Shown: one piece after another, positions 1 through 9,864 of the stretch
How positions within the stretch are numbered: position 1 is the first letter of the stretch
Layout: every line of letters begins with the position of its first letter
Origin: Halanaerobacter jeridensis
GTDB lineage: Bacteria; Bacillota; Halanaerobiia; Halobacteroidales; Halobacteroidaceae
Length of the DNA stretch: 64,000 nt
Direction of reading: 5' to 3'
Assembly (NCBI RefSeq): GCF_016908315.1
Contig: NZ_JAFBDQ010000005.1
Location: 1-64,000, forward strand
Position numbers and translations under genes: made by a program
Notes under the pieces: model-generated
Told to the model about the DNA's origin: nothing
The model's input: the letters and a program-made list of their open reading frames with translations, nothing else
Databases searched by the model: none

Positions 1-534
1 ACCACTAGAAGTGCTCTTATCCCTCAGCTGATTAATCGCCTTAAACTTATCAATCAACAGATTGAAGAAATCAAAGAACAATTAGCTGAAAAAATTGATG
101 ATAACCCCTATCAATTAACTACTATACCTGGATTAGGTTACACTTTAGCAGCTCAATTCATTGCTGAAATCGGTCATATTGACCGTTTTGATTCTGCTAA
201 TGAATTAGCTAGGTATGCTGGATTAGCACCAGCTGAATACAGCTCAGGCAAATCTCAGCAAAGTTCTAGGAAAAAATACGGCTGTCGTAACCTAAACCGG
301 GCTTTCTATCTACTAGCTTTACAACAAATTGGCACTACTAGAAATAACAGACCTAAAAATCCAGTTGCCTATAAATACTATCAGAAAAAATTAGCTGAGG
401 GTAAATCACGCAAAGCTGCTTTAGTCTGCTTAAAAAGACGCTTAGTTGATATTATTTATGCTATGATGCGAGACAAATCTACCTATGAATTACCTGAAAC
501 TCCTGAGTACGAAGTCTTAAATCAAGCCAGTTAA
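1..534 (+). CDS. IS110-family transposase, C-terminal part (5' end outside window)
   Basis: Open frame from window start to TAA at 532-534. Translation has the IS110/IS116/IS902 C-terminal domain signature (IPGLGYTLAAQFIAEIGHIDRF...ARYAGLAPAEYSSGKS...NRAFYLLALQQI). Not in the ORF track because its start lies outside the window. Confidence 0.75.
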   Translation, partial: TTRSALIPQLINRLKLINQQIEEIKEQLAEKIDDNPYQLTTIPGLGYTLAAQFIAEIGHIDRFDSANELARYAGLAPAEYSSGKSQQSSRKKYGCRNLNRAFYLLALQQIGTTRNNRPKNPVAYKYYQKKLAEGKSRKAALVCLKRRLVDIIYAMMRDKSTYELPETPEYEVLNQAS

Positions 535-640
535 TTGATAATCTCTGAATTAGCTGCCATTAGTTAAAAAATCTATAATTATTGCTTTGGGGATTGCTAG
601 GTCAAATTAGTTTCCATTTTTTAACTTGTAAAACTTTTAC
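1..640 (+). mobile_element. IS110-family insertion sequence (right part) at the distal end of the cassette array
   Basis: Transposase 3' end plus about 100 bp of non-coding right end. IS110-family elements lack terminal inverted repeats; the end position is approximate. Confidence 0.5.
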
Positions 641-673
641 TTGACATAAGACGTCTTATATTTCACTTTAAAT

Positions 674-1255
674 TCAAAATTTATTACACAACTCATCTAA
701 CTTATCTCTTAATTCTTTTACCTTTTCTTTACTAACTTCGAAATTAACCTTTTTACTTTCCCCATCATTACAAGCGATATCTAATTCAATTAAAGCTGTA
801 GTAATATTATGTCCTAATTCTTCTTTTTTTATTACTTGATAATTTAATGACCTTAACTTATCATTTAAACACGAAATATGAAATAATAATTTTTGTTTGA
901 ATTCATCAGTCAAAATAATTTCACGTAATTTTTCAATTAAGTATGAATTTAATTCAATAAAATCTTTATCAAAATTCTTTTCTCCTAAAGATTTTTTCTC
1001 TATAAATGCTTCAATAAGTTCAGTTAAAATATGTAACGTATATTTTAAATAAAATTCATTCAAATCATATTCTTCTATATATTCATTATATGAAGTCTCT
1101 GATACTCCTATTCCGTATGACATATAATTTACATCCAATCCTATAATCCCTTTTTTATTCATTTCATCTAAACAATTTACAATTTCATCACACTTTTCTT
1201 TATCTGTTAATAAATTTTCTATTTCTTCTTGTTTTTCAAAATTAATTTCTGACAT
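674..1255 (-). CDS. hypothetical protein (distal cassette gene)
   Basis: 193-aa ORF with GGAGG RBS (rc of 1262-1268). No recognisable motifs; acidic and coiled-coil rich. Confidence 0.5.
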   Translation of the reverse strand: MSEINFEKQEEIENLLTDKEKCDEIVNCLDEMNKKGIIGLDVNYMSYGIGVSETSYNEYIEEYDLNEFYLKYTLHILTELIEAFIEKKSLGEKNFDKDFIELNSYLIEKLREIILTDEFKQKLLFHISCLNDKLRSLNYQVIKKEELGHNITTALIELDIACNDGESKKVNFEVSKEKVKELRDKLDELCNKF

Positions 1256-1505
1256 ATTATTCCTCCTCGCATAAGTTTATAATTTGAATTTTTTATAAAC
1301 TATACTCATATGTAAGTAATACTATATATAAGTATATTTTCCTGCATATATAGATAACTTTTTTATTTTCTTATTTTTAATAATAACAAAAATATTAATG
1401 AATTTACAGTTAAAATTATATTTTAAAAATAAAATTTTTATTAGAACCATTAATAAAAATATTCAAAACTACATAAAAAACAAAACTTCTAAAATAGGAT
1501 TTCGG

Positions 1506-1641
1506 ATAACGTCCCTGCGATTCGCGACGTCTCGCTACTGCTCCTATACTTTGCCTATTCTCCTAAATTTCATAAGTCAGTGCTTAACCCTGCACTATCC
1601 TCTAGACCTAGATGTCGCTAATCGCATGTTATATGATGGAG
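1506..1641. repeat. attC-like structured repeat, copy 1
   Basis: ATAACGTCCCTGCGATTCGCGACGTCT...AGATGTCGCTAATCGCATGTTAT. Ends are inverted repeats. The variable stem segment TGCGATT/AATCGCA is compensatory relative to other copies. Confidence 0.65.
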
Positions 1642-2526
1642 CGACCCGGAACCACAAAGATAAAATTCTGCTTTTGCTATTATCTTAGCTAAAAATCATT
1701 TCTTACGCATCACAAAGCAGTTCTATTCCTAGCCCAAAACTATTTACCTGAGGGAAAGGGGGCGAAACTTCTATCTTCCTAATAAGTGAATCTTTTCTCT
1801 CAATTATGTAATTCTTGCTAATATGTATAAACCCTTCATAAAATAATCCAATTTTCAAAAAGATAAAAATGGGTTTTCAACTTTCACATTCAAAATGAAA
1901 TTAAGGAGTTAGCTAATACAATTTTGCCATGCTATTCCAAGTTTTTTATCGTCTATCACAATGCTCTTTACTAACAAATTAAAAAGCTCTCCATTTAGCC
2001 TAACTCCTGTCCAGCACCGCACTGGTTTTCCTAACGAAAAGACTAGCCTAATAATTCCTAATCAAGGATAAAGAAAGGTTTTCTTCTGCCCCCTTTCCCT
2101 TTTCCAATTTTCTCTGCAAGATAGAAGTTGACTACATCAATCTAGCCATGCTATACCACAGATTATTTAATAACTCTTATGCTCTTTATTCTGCATTGAA
2201 AATTTATAAGTAGTCACACTTCTATCCTAAGAATAATCCAAATAAATAAACTTGCACAATGATAAAGAGGTTAGGAAATGTTATAAAAATATTGCTGAAG
2301 CTTTTTTTGAATTGAATCTTTTACCTGAGGTTTTAATGAAAGATTTTTAACCCTAATTTGTTTTCTTTTTAAATAAGTAACTAAAAAAGCTCTATTATTT
2401 TCCCTAATTTGCTATTAAAAATCTTAAACCTATAAAAAAATCACTATTTCCTAACCTTCCCTCGAAAATAGTGATCTCTTACTGGTTGGATTCTATAACT
2501 GAAAATCAATATCTTAGCTCTTTCAT

Positions 2527-2653
2527 ATAACGTCCCGCAGCTTCGCGACGTCCCATCAATGCTCTATAACCTAATCTAATGCAACCTTAATTTCATAAGT
2601 CAGTCCTAACCTCATTTATACTCTACAATTGGATGTCGCTAAGCTGCTGTTAT
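2527..2653. repeat. attC-like structured repeat, copy 2 (divergent centre)
   Basis: ATAACGTCCCGCAGCTTCGCGACGTCC...GGATGTCGCTAAGCTGCTGTTAT. Stem GCAGCTT/AAGCTGC and GTCC/GGAT co-vary. Central loop shares 'atttcataagtcagt' with copies 1, 3, 4 and 5. Confidence 0.65.
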
Positions 2654-2679
2654 GCGAAGTGCTAAATCTCAGATAACAA

Positions 2680-4140
2680 CTATATATCACTTGAAAAATA
2701 ATTATCAATGATTTTCCGTAATTTCTTTACTCCCTTCTCTTTGGCTTTATTTCGAATTTCTTCTTTGGAAAAATAATTTATTTGATATTTATTAGTGCTT
2801 TGAGCGCGTTCTTTCAAATAATCTTCTGCTTCTTTTTCAAAACCACCAGTAGACCATAACTCAAAAATGAGCTCTTTATTTCTATGTTCATCTTCTTGAA
2901 AAGTCCAACTTCTTATTTTAGGAATATTATCTGTCACCCATTTTTTAGCAAACCCCTTTCCTATTGGGGCTTTCTTTCCCTTGCATTCAACAATCCTTAA
3001 TCTATCGGGATTATCATAAGCAAGAACATCAATTTCTCTTCTTTCCCCACTATCTTTATCAAGAACTACCTCATTGATTTTAATATATATAGATGATTGA
3101 GAATAATAATATCCTACAGCCAATTCAAAAAGTGCTCCTCTTAAATTAATAGACGCTCCTCTTAAATCAGATAATTTATCAAATAAATCAAAATATTTAT
3201 CAGGATTTTTACTAATAACTGCAGAAGCATTTTCGATTACATTTACTAATGACTTCAATACTTCAGTATATTGGTTATCAAATAATTCATTAACAAATCC
3301 AATAAATATTCCTCGAGATTTAAGCAACTGAAAAGCTTCCTTCTCTAAATCTTCTACTATAATAATAGGGATAAAAGAAGAAACATTATGATTCTGTTTG
3401 ATAATATCAATTTTATTTAAAAAATATTCAACATGCTCTTCTAATACTTCTTTTCCCAGTAAAATATCTGCCACAATAAATCCTGGTGAATCTTCATTTC
3501 TTAAATTAAGAATATAAGATGGAGCTGTAAAACCCCACTGAAATTTATAAAATTCCGCATTATTAGATAACTTTTCTGCATCATTATAAGAAGTGAAATT
3601 TATTTTTTTCGCCCAATCTTCAAAATTAGAAATAGTTAGTTCTTTTGCTAACTCAATTGCTTTAAATCTGGTATGAGTTGAACTAACTTCTATTAATGAA
3701 TTCAACTGATATATATCATCAGTATATTCAACTAAAACATCTAATTGTAGCAAATCATCAATAATAGAGCTAGCCGGTTTATGTCCTTTTAACTTTTTAA
3801 TCGGAGAACAAGTATAACTAGGTAATTGATTCATATCTATAAATCCATCATGAAATAATACTGCTTGTATAAAAAAATGATACGCTTTAGCATGAGTTTC
3901 AAAACTGTTTACTAAATTTTGATAAAAAAGTTGAGTCTTAAAATGATCACTTAAATAAATAAATTGTTGGTTATTATTAAAAGAAATAGTCTTCATTTTT
4001 TTCACAGGAGAATTTGCCCGGGAAATAGCTTTTCTAGCTGCATCATTAGTTATTTCATGTTTTTCTTCTAATTTTTTAGCTAATACTCCGGAAACCATTG
4101 GACCATCATCTTGAAGAATCTTTTCTATACGTGTTGTCAT
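2680..4140 (-). CDS. PD-(D/E)xK nuclease-domain protein with N-terminal wHTH-like region (candidate defence cassette)
   Basis: 486 aa. C-terminal ...EIDVLAYD...RIVECKGKK... fits the D...(D/E)xK restriction-endonuclease-fold motif. Single-gene cassette between repeat copies 3 and 2. Confidence 0.5.
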   Translation of the reverse strand: MTTRIEKILQDDGPMVSGVLAKKLEEKHEITNDAARKAISRANSPVKKMKTISFNNNQQFIYLSDHFKTQLFYQNLVNSFETHAKAYHFFIQAVLFHDGFIDMNQLPSYTCSPIKKLKGHKPASSIIDDLLQLDVLVEYTDDIYQLNSLIEVSSTHTRFKAIELAKELTISNFEDWAKKINFTSYNDAEKLSNNAEFYKFQWGFTAPSYILNLRNEDSPGFIVADILLGKEVLEEHVEYFLNKIDIIKQNHNVSSFIPIIIVEDLEKEAFQLLKSRGIFIGFVNELFDNQYTEVLKSLVNVIENASAVISKNPDKYFDLFDKLSDLRGASINLRGALFELAVGYYYSQSSIYIKINEVVLDKDSGERREIDVLAYDNPDRLRIVECKGKKAPIGKGFAKKWVTDNIPKIRSWTFQEDEHRNKELIFELWSTGGFEKEAEDYLKERAQSTNKYQINYFSKEEIRNKAKEKGVKKLRKIIDNYFSSDI

Positions 4141-4320
4141 TTTATGTCACACCTCACTATTTATAAATAAACAATCAATCAAGCGATCAATTAATTTTTT
4201 TAGTTTTTCAATACCGACAATTCAATAGTTCATAGAGCTGGAAAAAAATACAATGTCACACTTTCCTTTTCAAACTAAAAAATTGTCACTAAAATATGTA
4301 ACTAAGATTTAGCATTTCGC

Positions 4321-4449
4321 ATAACGTCCCTGGGCTTCGCGACGTCTAGGCACTGCTCCTATACTTTTGCCTATGCTCCTAAATTTCATAAGTCAGTGCT
4401 GCAACCCTGCCATATCCTCTGTGCCTAGATGTCGCTAAGCCCATGTTAT
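4321..4449. repeat. attC-like structured repeat, copy 3
   Basis: ATAACGTCCCTGGGCTTCGCGACGTCTAGG...CCTAGATGTCGCTAAGCCCATGTTAT. Confidence 0.65.
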
Positions 4450-4489
4450 CTGACGTAGCCATTGTCGAATAAAAACTACTGTACTTACA

Positions 4490-6280
4490 TCAAAAATTTT
4501 GGTTATAATTAAGATTAGGTAAGGCAATTAAACAACTTGCTTTTTTATGATATCCATAGCGATTAAGCCCCATATTAGCAAATAAAAACACATCCTTCTT
4601 GGCTCTGGTAATCCCAACATAAAAAATGCTAAGCACTTCTTCAAATTCTTCTCTTAAAGAAGACAAAAACTGGAATTTACAACATTTATCAAACTCTTCC
4701 TTCCCTTGTTTAGCACTACACAACTTGCAAAGTCCTTTTGAAGTAGGAAATGAGTATGCTGTAACTCTAGGAATGTATACATAATCCCATTCTAATCCTT
4801 TGGCACCATGTATTGTAGTTATTGTTATCCTTTCATCAATTTCATTCATTAAATGCTTTAAAGATTCATTTTCTAACACAAAAGAAATCTTTTCAAACTT
4901 TTTATTTTTTGATATATTTTCTGCTTTAGTTTTTTGAAACAATTTTTTTAATAACCTTAACAAGGAATTATATATATACATTGTATCATCTTCATATATA
5001 TCTTCAGTAAGCAATTCCTCCATTCTATCAACAACTCTACTTAGTACACGTTTTGCAATAGATTGATTGATACCACTTTCTTCCAAAAACACATCTAAAG
5101 CTTTCTCATGAAAAGCTACATATTCTCTGTCAGTATCATTGAATAATCCATTAAAATAGGAAATAGATTGTTCTTCTAATTTTTCAATTACCTCATTAGT
5201 ACAATAACTAGCTCGACACAAAATAGATACATCATCAGAATCACTAATCTTATCTTTAATATGTTCTACAATAAACTCGGCTTCTTTATGATTGCTCTTA
5301 AAAAATTTAAAATTCATTTCAGCTTCTTTATCAAAAGAATCCATCTCACTATAATTTAAAAAGATACTACGAATATAACTGTCTAATTTTTTCATCTTTT
5401 CATTATCATCAAATCTATGATTTGTTTTGAATCTCATTTCTTCCATATTAAATTCCTCAGCCATATGGTCAAACAAATCAGGAATAGCTCCAATAAAGCC
5501 ATAAATTTTCTGAATTTTATCTCCCATTAAAATAATTTCGTTTTCTCCCATTAATTTTGTAAGCAATCTATATGATAAATAATTAGTATCTTGAAATTCA
5601 TCAACAATAATCATTTTATAATATTGCTGATAAAAATTTCTAATTGATTTCTTATTTAATAAATAATAGGAAAAAAGCAATAATCCATTAAATGTAATAA
5701 CTTCATTAGGGATTAATATTTCGTTTAAAATCTCAAAATAATTGCTTTCTAACTTTTCAACATTATCAATATTTTCTTTTTCAAACCCATTAAAATTTTT
5801 AATACATTTGTCATACTCTGATAAAATGTCCATTTCCGAAGATGATAGATAATCCTTTAGCACTGCTGAATAATCGGATACTATTCTAAAAGAATCCATA
5901 GCCCCCAAATTTTTATTTAATAAATATCCATGTTTTTTTAACAAAATTCTTGCTAAATTATGATAATTTGCTACATCAAGTTTCTTGGATAAATCAACAT
6001 TTTCATCATCTAATAATTCAGGTAATAATTCATTAGTATCTTTTTTAATTTTATTAGCTGCATTTACGCTAAATGTAAGGGCTAATATTTTTTTATGATG
6101 TATTGTCGGATCTGTAACTATTTTGTAAGCAATTTTACTAATCATTGTTTTGGTTTTCCCATATCCAGCTGGAGCAGTTACAATTATTCTTTGTTTTTGA
6201 CTGAAAATAAAATCAAGTTGCTCTTCATCTTTTCCATGAATATCCTCAATTGATTTAGAAATAGCTTTTTTATTCTTCAT
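4490..6280 (-). CDS. gajB: Gabija GajB, UvrD/PcrA/Rep-like SF1 helicase
   Basis: 596 aa. Walker A TAPAGYGKTKT, motif II MIIVDEFQDTN, motif V/VI TTIHGAKGLEWDYVYIP. Overlaps upstream gajA by 11 nt. Confidence 0.75.
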   Translation of the reverse strand: MKNKKAISKSIEDIHGKDEEQLDFIFSQKQRIIVTAPAGYGKTKTMISKIAYKIVTDPTIHHKKILALTFSVNAANKIKKDTNELLPELLDDENVDLSKKLDVANYHNLARILLKKHGYLLNKNLGAMDSFRIVSDYSAVLKDYLSSSEMDILSEYDKCIKNFNGFEKENIDNVEKLESNYFEILNEILIPNEVITFNGLLLFSYYLLNKKSIRNFYQQYYKMIIVDEFQDTNYLSYRLLTKLMGENEIILMGDKIQKIYGFIGAIPDLFDHMAEEFNMEEMRFKTNHRFDDNEKMKKLDSYIRSIFLNYSEMDSFDKEAEMNFKFFKSNHKEAEFIVEHIKDKISDSDDVSILCRASYCTNEVIEKLEEQSISYFNGLFNDTDREYVAFHEKALDVFLEESGINQSIAKRVLSRVVDRMEELLTEDIYEDDTMYIYNSLLRLLKKLFQKTKAENISKNKKFEKISFVLENESLKHLMNEIDERITITTIHGAKGLEWDYVYIPRVTAYSFPTSKGLCKLCSAKQGKEEFDKCCKFQFLSSLREEFEEVLSIFYVGITRAKKDVFLFANMGLNRYGYHKKASCLIALPNLNYNQNF

Positions 6281-7997
6281 TATCTTCTACTCCATTCATT
6301 AATTCTTCTATAATATCTTTAAAAACTTCAGGCACATTAGTAACATATTTTGCTAAAAGAGAACCATTTAAAGCATTTTTTTTATTCCTTAATTGTTTTA
6401 TTTCTTCTTCTTGATAATTTAGCATAATTCTATTTTTAACTTCCTCAGGAACCTCATATTCTTCAGGAGCTTCTATAAAAAGTCTGGGACTAAATTCTTC
6501 CATCTCCTTTTTTAAATAATTTATAAAAGGAGTAATTTTATCTGCTTCCTTTTGATAAAGCAAATAATCATTAAAATCAAAACTATTATATATTTCTGCT
6601 TCAAAATCTATTTCATTTGTGAAAAATATTCCATCTTCATTTTTATATTTTTCTTCTTGATCTTTATCAATTATAGCTATAGCTCTAATATCATATGCAT
6701 CATAAAGTTTCATACATCTAAGAACACTACCAGCCCCATCAAGTTTTATAATTCCAATACTTTCTTCATCAATATCATATCCTATTCTTTCAATAAGTAC
6801 TGGTAAAGCTCCGAATTCTGTATCACCTTCTACAAGAACTACAGCTTTACTAAACATAGCTTCTTTAATATACATAAAACTTCTTATTAAGTGTTTATGA
6901 GTTTTATCATTAAAATCTATATTTCTACCACACTTTACATTAACTTTATCATTAACCTTATATAATCTAGTAATTTGTTTATAGTTATTTAATAATATAT
7001 TAGGAGAATGTGTAACAACAAACACTTGTCCAATCAAACCATCTATTTCAAATAATTCTTCGAGAAGTTTGATAAAGTCTTCATTCTTATTATCAATAAT
7101 TCTTTTTATACCTTTAATTAATGCTCTTTGTCTATATGGATGTTGGTGTATTTCAGGTTCATCTAAAGCAATTACAATTGGTAAATATCTATTTCCCTCA
7201 TCATCATTAATTAAAATATTATTAAATTTTTCTTCTTTCTTATTAGTTTTTAATTTTATTAACAAATCTAAAATATATAAAAATATATTAAATGAATATT
7301 GTAAGCCATCACCAAGTTCATTTAAACTTTTACCTGTATTGTCTCCTACCTCTAAAATTCGACTAACAATATTCTGCTCATCATCATCCACAAATGCTTC
7401 AATTACTTCTCCTTTTAACCCATTTATTTTATATATTTTTTTATTTAAATCATCAACAATTTCATTAACATCACTAATATTAATTAAATCTAAATTTTCT
7501 ATATCTCTTTCCTCCAAAATGTTTTCAACTAAGTAATTTAAAACTTTTCCAGTTCCAGTGTTTTTTGAAAAATCTATTTCTTTGCTAGGATTCCTTAATG
7601 ACGAATAATAAATAAAATTGATTTTTTTAATAGTTATTGGATTTATATATGTATCTGCCGGAGATGCATGTTTATATTCAATTCGACTATAAATATCTTC
7701 TTGAGTTGCTATAATAGTTAAACTATATTCATCATCAATATCAAAATTATTTTCAAAAAAACCCAATTCATCTTTATTGTAACTTATAGTGAATTTAACA
7801 GATATCTCCTTCTTTGTATCATCAAAATGTTCTTCATAGAATTTACCCTTACGTAATAAACAATTAAGCAACTCCATTACATTAGTTTTACCAACATTAT
7901 TTTCTCCAACTAAAAAATTAATTTCCTCATCAAATTTAAAATTTAGTCCGCTTAAATTCTTGAAATTTTTTACTTCTTTTATTTCACTTACAAACAT
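6270..7997 (-). CDS. gajA: Gabija GajA, OLD-family ATPase with C-terminal Toprim nuclease
   Basis: 575 aa. ABC-type Walker A LVGENNVGKTNVMELL, D-loop/Walker B VIALDEPEIHQHP, and Toprim AVVLVEGDTEFGALPVL. Class-2 OLD gene immediately upstream of a UvrD-like helicase equals Gabija architecture. Confidence 0.8.
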   Translation of the reverse strand: MFVSEIKEVKNFKNLSGLNFKFDEEINFLVGENNVGKTNVMELLNCLLRKGKFYEEHFDDTKKEISVKFTISYNKDELGFFENNFDIDDEYSLTIIATQEDIYSRIEYKHASPADTYINPITIKKINFIYYSSLRNPSKEIDFSKNTGTGKVLNYLVENILEERDIENLDLINISDVNEIVDDLNKKIYKINGLKGEVIEAFVDDDEQNIVSRILEVGDNTGKSLNELGDGLQYSFNIFLYILDLLIKLKTNKKEEKFNNILINDDEGNRYLPIVIALDEPEIHQHPYRQRALIKGIKRIIDNKNEDFIKLLEELFEIDGLIGQVFVVTHSPNILLNNYKQITRLYKVNDKVNVKCGRNIDFNDKTHKHLIRSFMYIKEAMFSKAVVLVEGDTEFGALPVLIERIGYDIDEESIGIIKLDGAGSVLRCMKLYDAYDIRAIAIIDKDQEEKYKNEDGIFFTNEIDFEAEIYNSFDFNDYLLYQKEADKITPFINYLKKEMEEFSPRLFIEAPEEYEVPEEVKNRIMLNYQEEEIKQLRNKKNALNGSLLAKYVTNVPEVFKDIIEELMNGVEDNEE

Positions 7998-8132
7998 TTT
8001 TTTTGCCCCCGTTTCAATTTAAGTAATTAATCTTCTAATTTAAATAAAATTAGTTCATCGATTAAAATCAAGAAAAATTATATTTGATCTTAATCTCTTT
8101 GGATAACCTCTTTTTCAAAATGGCTATGTCAG

Positions 8133-8259
8133 ATAACGTCCCTGGGGTTCGCGACGTCTCGGGACTGCTCCTCTATTCTGCTCATCATCCTAAATTTCAT
8201 AAGTCAGTGCTACAACCCTGCCCTATCCTCTTACCTAGATGTCGCTAAGCTCATGTTAT
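8133..8259. repeat. attC-like structured repeat, copy 4
   Basis: ATAACGTCCCTGGGGTTCGCGACGTCT...AGATGTCGCTAAGCTCATGTTAT. Confidence 0.65.
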
Positions 8260-8425
8260 GTGATGTAGTTAGCAAAAGATATTTTCTATATTCTCCAAAA
8301 CCTATGCAAACACTTCTAAACTATGCTAAACCTATTCTACTCACCTTTGCTAATGAGACTTTTCTTTCACAATCCTTCCCAAACAGCTCTAATTAGAGTT
8401 CTCTTACAACTATAATTCTATAACT

Positions 8426-8671
8426 TTAAAAAAAGAATAAACCGAAAGAGATAGAGTAGATATCCTTCCCTAAAATGGTTTCTAAATGTGTTTTTAACTT
8501 CACTATACTCAAAAATTTGCCTCTAAACCTGAGCATTTTCGCCGAAAAATTATACCAACGCCCAAAATATAGCCTAGGCATCGCTACTGGACTAACTTCA
8601 AACAAATATACTTCCACATAACTTATATAAGCCTTAACTCTATATTTCTTTTCCTTAATATAAAAAAGCAT
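8426..8671 (-). CDS. small hypothetical ORF in the short cassette between repeat copies 4 and 5
   Basis: 81-aa ORF with a weak RBS. The cassette may instead be non-coding. Confidence 0.2.
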   Translation of the reverse strand: MLFYIKEKKYRVKAYISYVEVYLFEVSPVAMPRLYFGRWYNFSAKMLRFRGKFLSIVKLKTHLETILGKDIYSISFGLFFF

Positions 8672-8753
8672 CTACTCTATCTCTTGACCGGTTATAGAAT
8701 TCTGCAGCATTTTCTATTCTAATACAAACAAACCCATTTGCTAACTATGTCAC

Positions 8754-8882
8754 ATAACGTCCCTGGGCTTCGCGACGTCTCGGGACTGCTCCTATACTTT
8801 TGCTTATCCTCATAAATTTCATAAGTCAGTGCTGCAACCCTGCCCTATCCTCTATACCTAGATGTCGCTAAGCCCATGTTAT
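8754..8882. repeat. attC-like structured repeat, copy 5
   Basis: ATAACGTCCCTGGGCTTCGCGACGTCT...AGATGTCGCTAAGCCCATGTTAT. Nearly identical to copy 3. Confidence 0.65.
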
Positions 8883-8923
8883 CCGACGCCCGGCTTCTAT
8901 AAAAAATATATCCCTCTTTTAAC

Positions 8924-9781
8924 CTAGTAACTTTTTAATATATCTAAATATTCACTTTTTGTTTCATTATCATATAAACCCTTCGCTTCATTTAGAGTTT
9001 CTATAGCCCAGTCTACATATTTTTGATTTACTTTTTTACTATTTTCTATTTTTTCTATAAATCTTTCTATTTTATTTCTCAATTTATTGTTTACTGATTT
9101 TAATTTTTCTTCCAATTGTTCATTCTCTTCTGCTAGTTCTTCATTCTCTTCTGCTAGTTCTTCATTCTCTTGCTCTAATTGTTCTTCAATTTCTTTTAAC
9201 ATTTCTAATCTTTGTTTTAACCGTTGTGTTTCCTTCTTTTCTTGTTGTGTTTCCTTCTTTTCTTGTTGTGTTTCCTTCTTTTCTTGTTGTGTTTCCTTCT
9301 TTTCTTGTTGTAATTTCTTATCAGACTGCTCAACTGCCTCATCTAATGCACTTAACTCTTCATCACTCCATTCAGTACTTTCCTTACTACTCTCACCTTC
9401 ATTTAATATTTCTTTTATTTTGCTTTTAACCCAACTAGGAGCTTCTATAAAATCTTTTCTCAATCTTTTATTCTCTGATTTCAACAACTCTTTATAAGCT
9501 AAATCTAAATTAGAAAGATTATCTTTAGTCAATATATCTATTTCAATTAAATTTTCTGCGAATTCTCCTGGTTTCATAAATTTATCTTCTAATTTGCTTA
9601 TTTCTTCTAATTCGTCATATAATTTAGTTTTAGCCTTATTAGTACTTAATTCAGCTTGTTTTAGTTTCTCTTCTGTTAAACCATAATCCTCATTTAACTT
9701 AGTAGTTACATCATCTGCTAAAACATTCACTGTCAAAACCAATAGCAATACAATCAATAATAAAACACTTAACTTCTTCAT
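8924..9781 (-). CDS. secreted coiled-coil protein with tandem heptad-like repeats
   Basis: Signal peptide MKKLSVLLLIVLLLVLTVNVLA. QQEKKET x4 encoded by 21-bp tandem repeats at 9226-9310, and ENEELAEENEELAEENEQLEE. Ends with TAG. Confidence 0.6.
   Translation of the reverse strand: MKKLSVLLLIVLLLVLTVNVLADDVTTKLNEDYGLTEEKLKQAELSTNKAKTKLYDELEEISKLEDKFMKPGEFAENLIEIDILTKDNLSNLDLAYKELLKSENKRLRKDFIEAPSWVKSKIKEILNEGESSKESTEWSDEELSALDEAVEQSDKKLQQEKKETQQEKKETQQEKKETQQEKKETQRLKQRLEMLKEIEEQLEQENEELAEENEELAEENEQLEEKLKSVNNKLRNKIERFIEKIENSKKVNQKYVDWAIETLNEAKGLYDNETKSEYLDILKSY
9226..9310. repeat. 21-bp tandem repeat (x4) inside the coiled-coil protein gene
   Basis: tgtgtttccttcttttcttgt repeated four times in a row. 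Confidence 0.85.
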
Positions 9782-9864
9782 AATCTGCCTCCCCTAAATT
9801 ATGGTTTTTAATGTTTTTAATATGTATTTCTTTCAATAAAAATAGCAGCTAAGCCGGGTTTCGG

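Noticed and set aside
1398-1688. 96-aa plus-strand ORF
   Set aside because: It lies entirely across repeat copy 1 and AT-rich spacer, so it is an artefact of the repeat sequence. The analogous reading of other copies is not conserved.
6552-7536. Plus-strand ORFs (84 and 155 aa) inside gajA, and 9087-9497 inside the coiled-coil gene
   Set aside because: These are antisense low-complexity (S/F/L-rich) translations of AT-rich coding sequence on the opposite strand, with no RBS or motifs. The same applies to 12293-12712, 23659-24066, 30159-30464 and 61569-62384.
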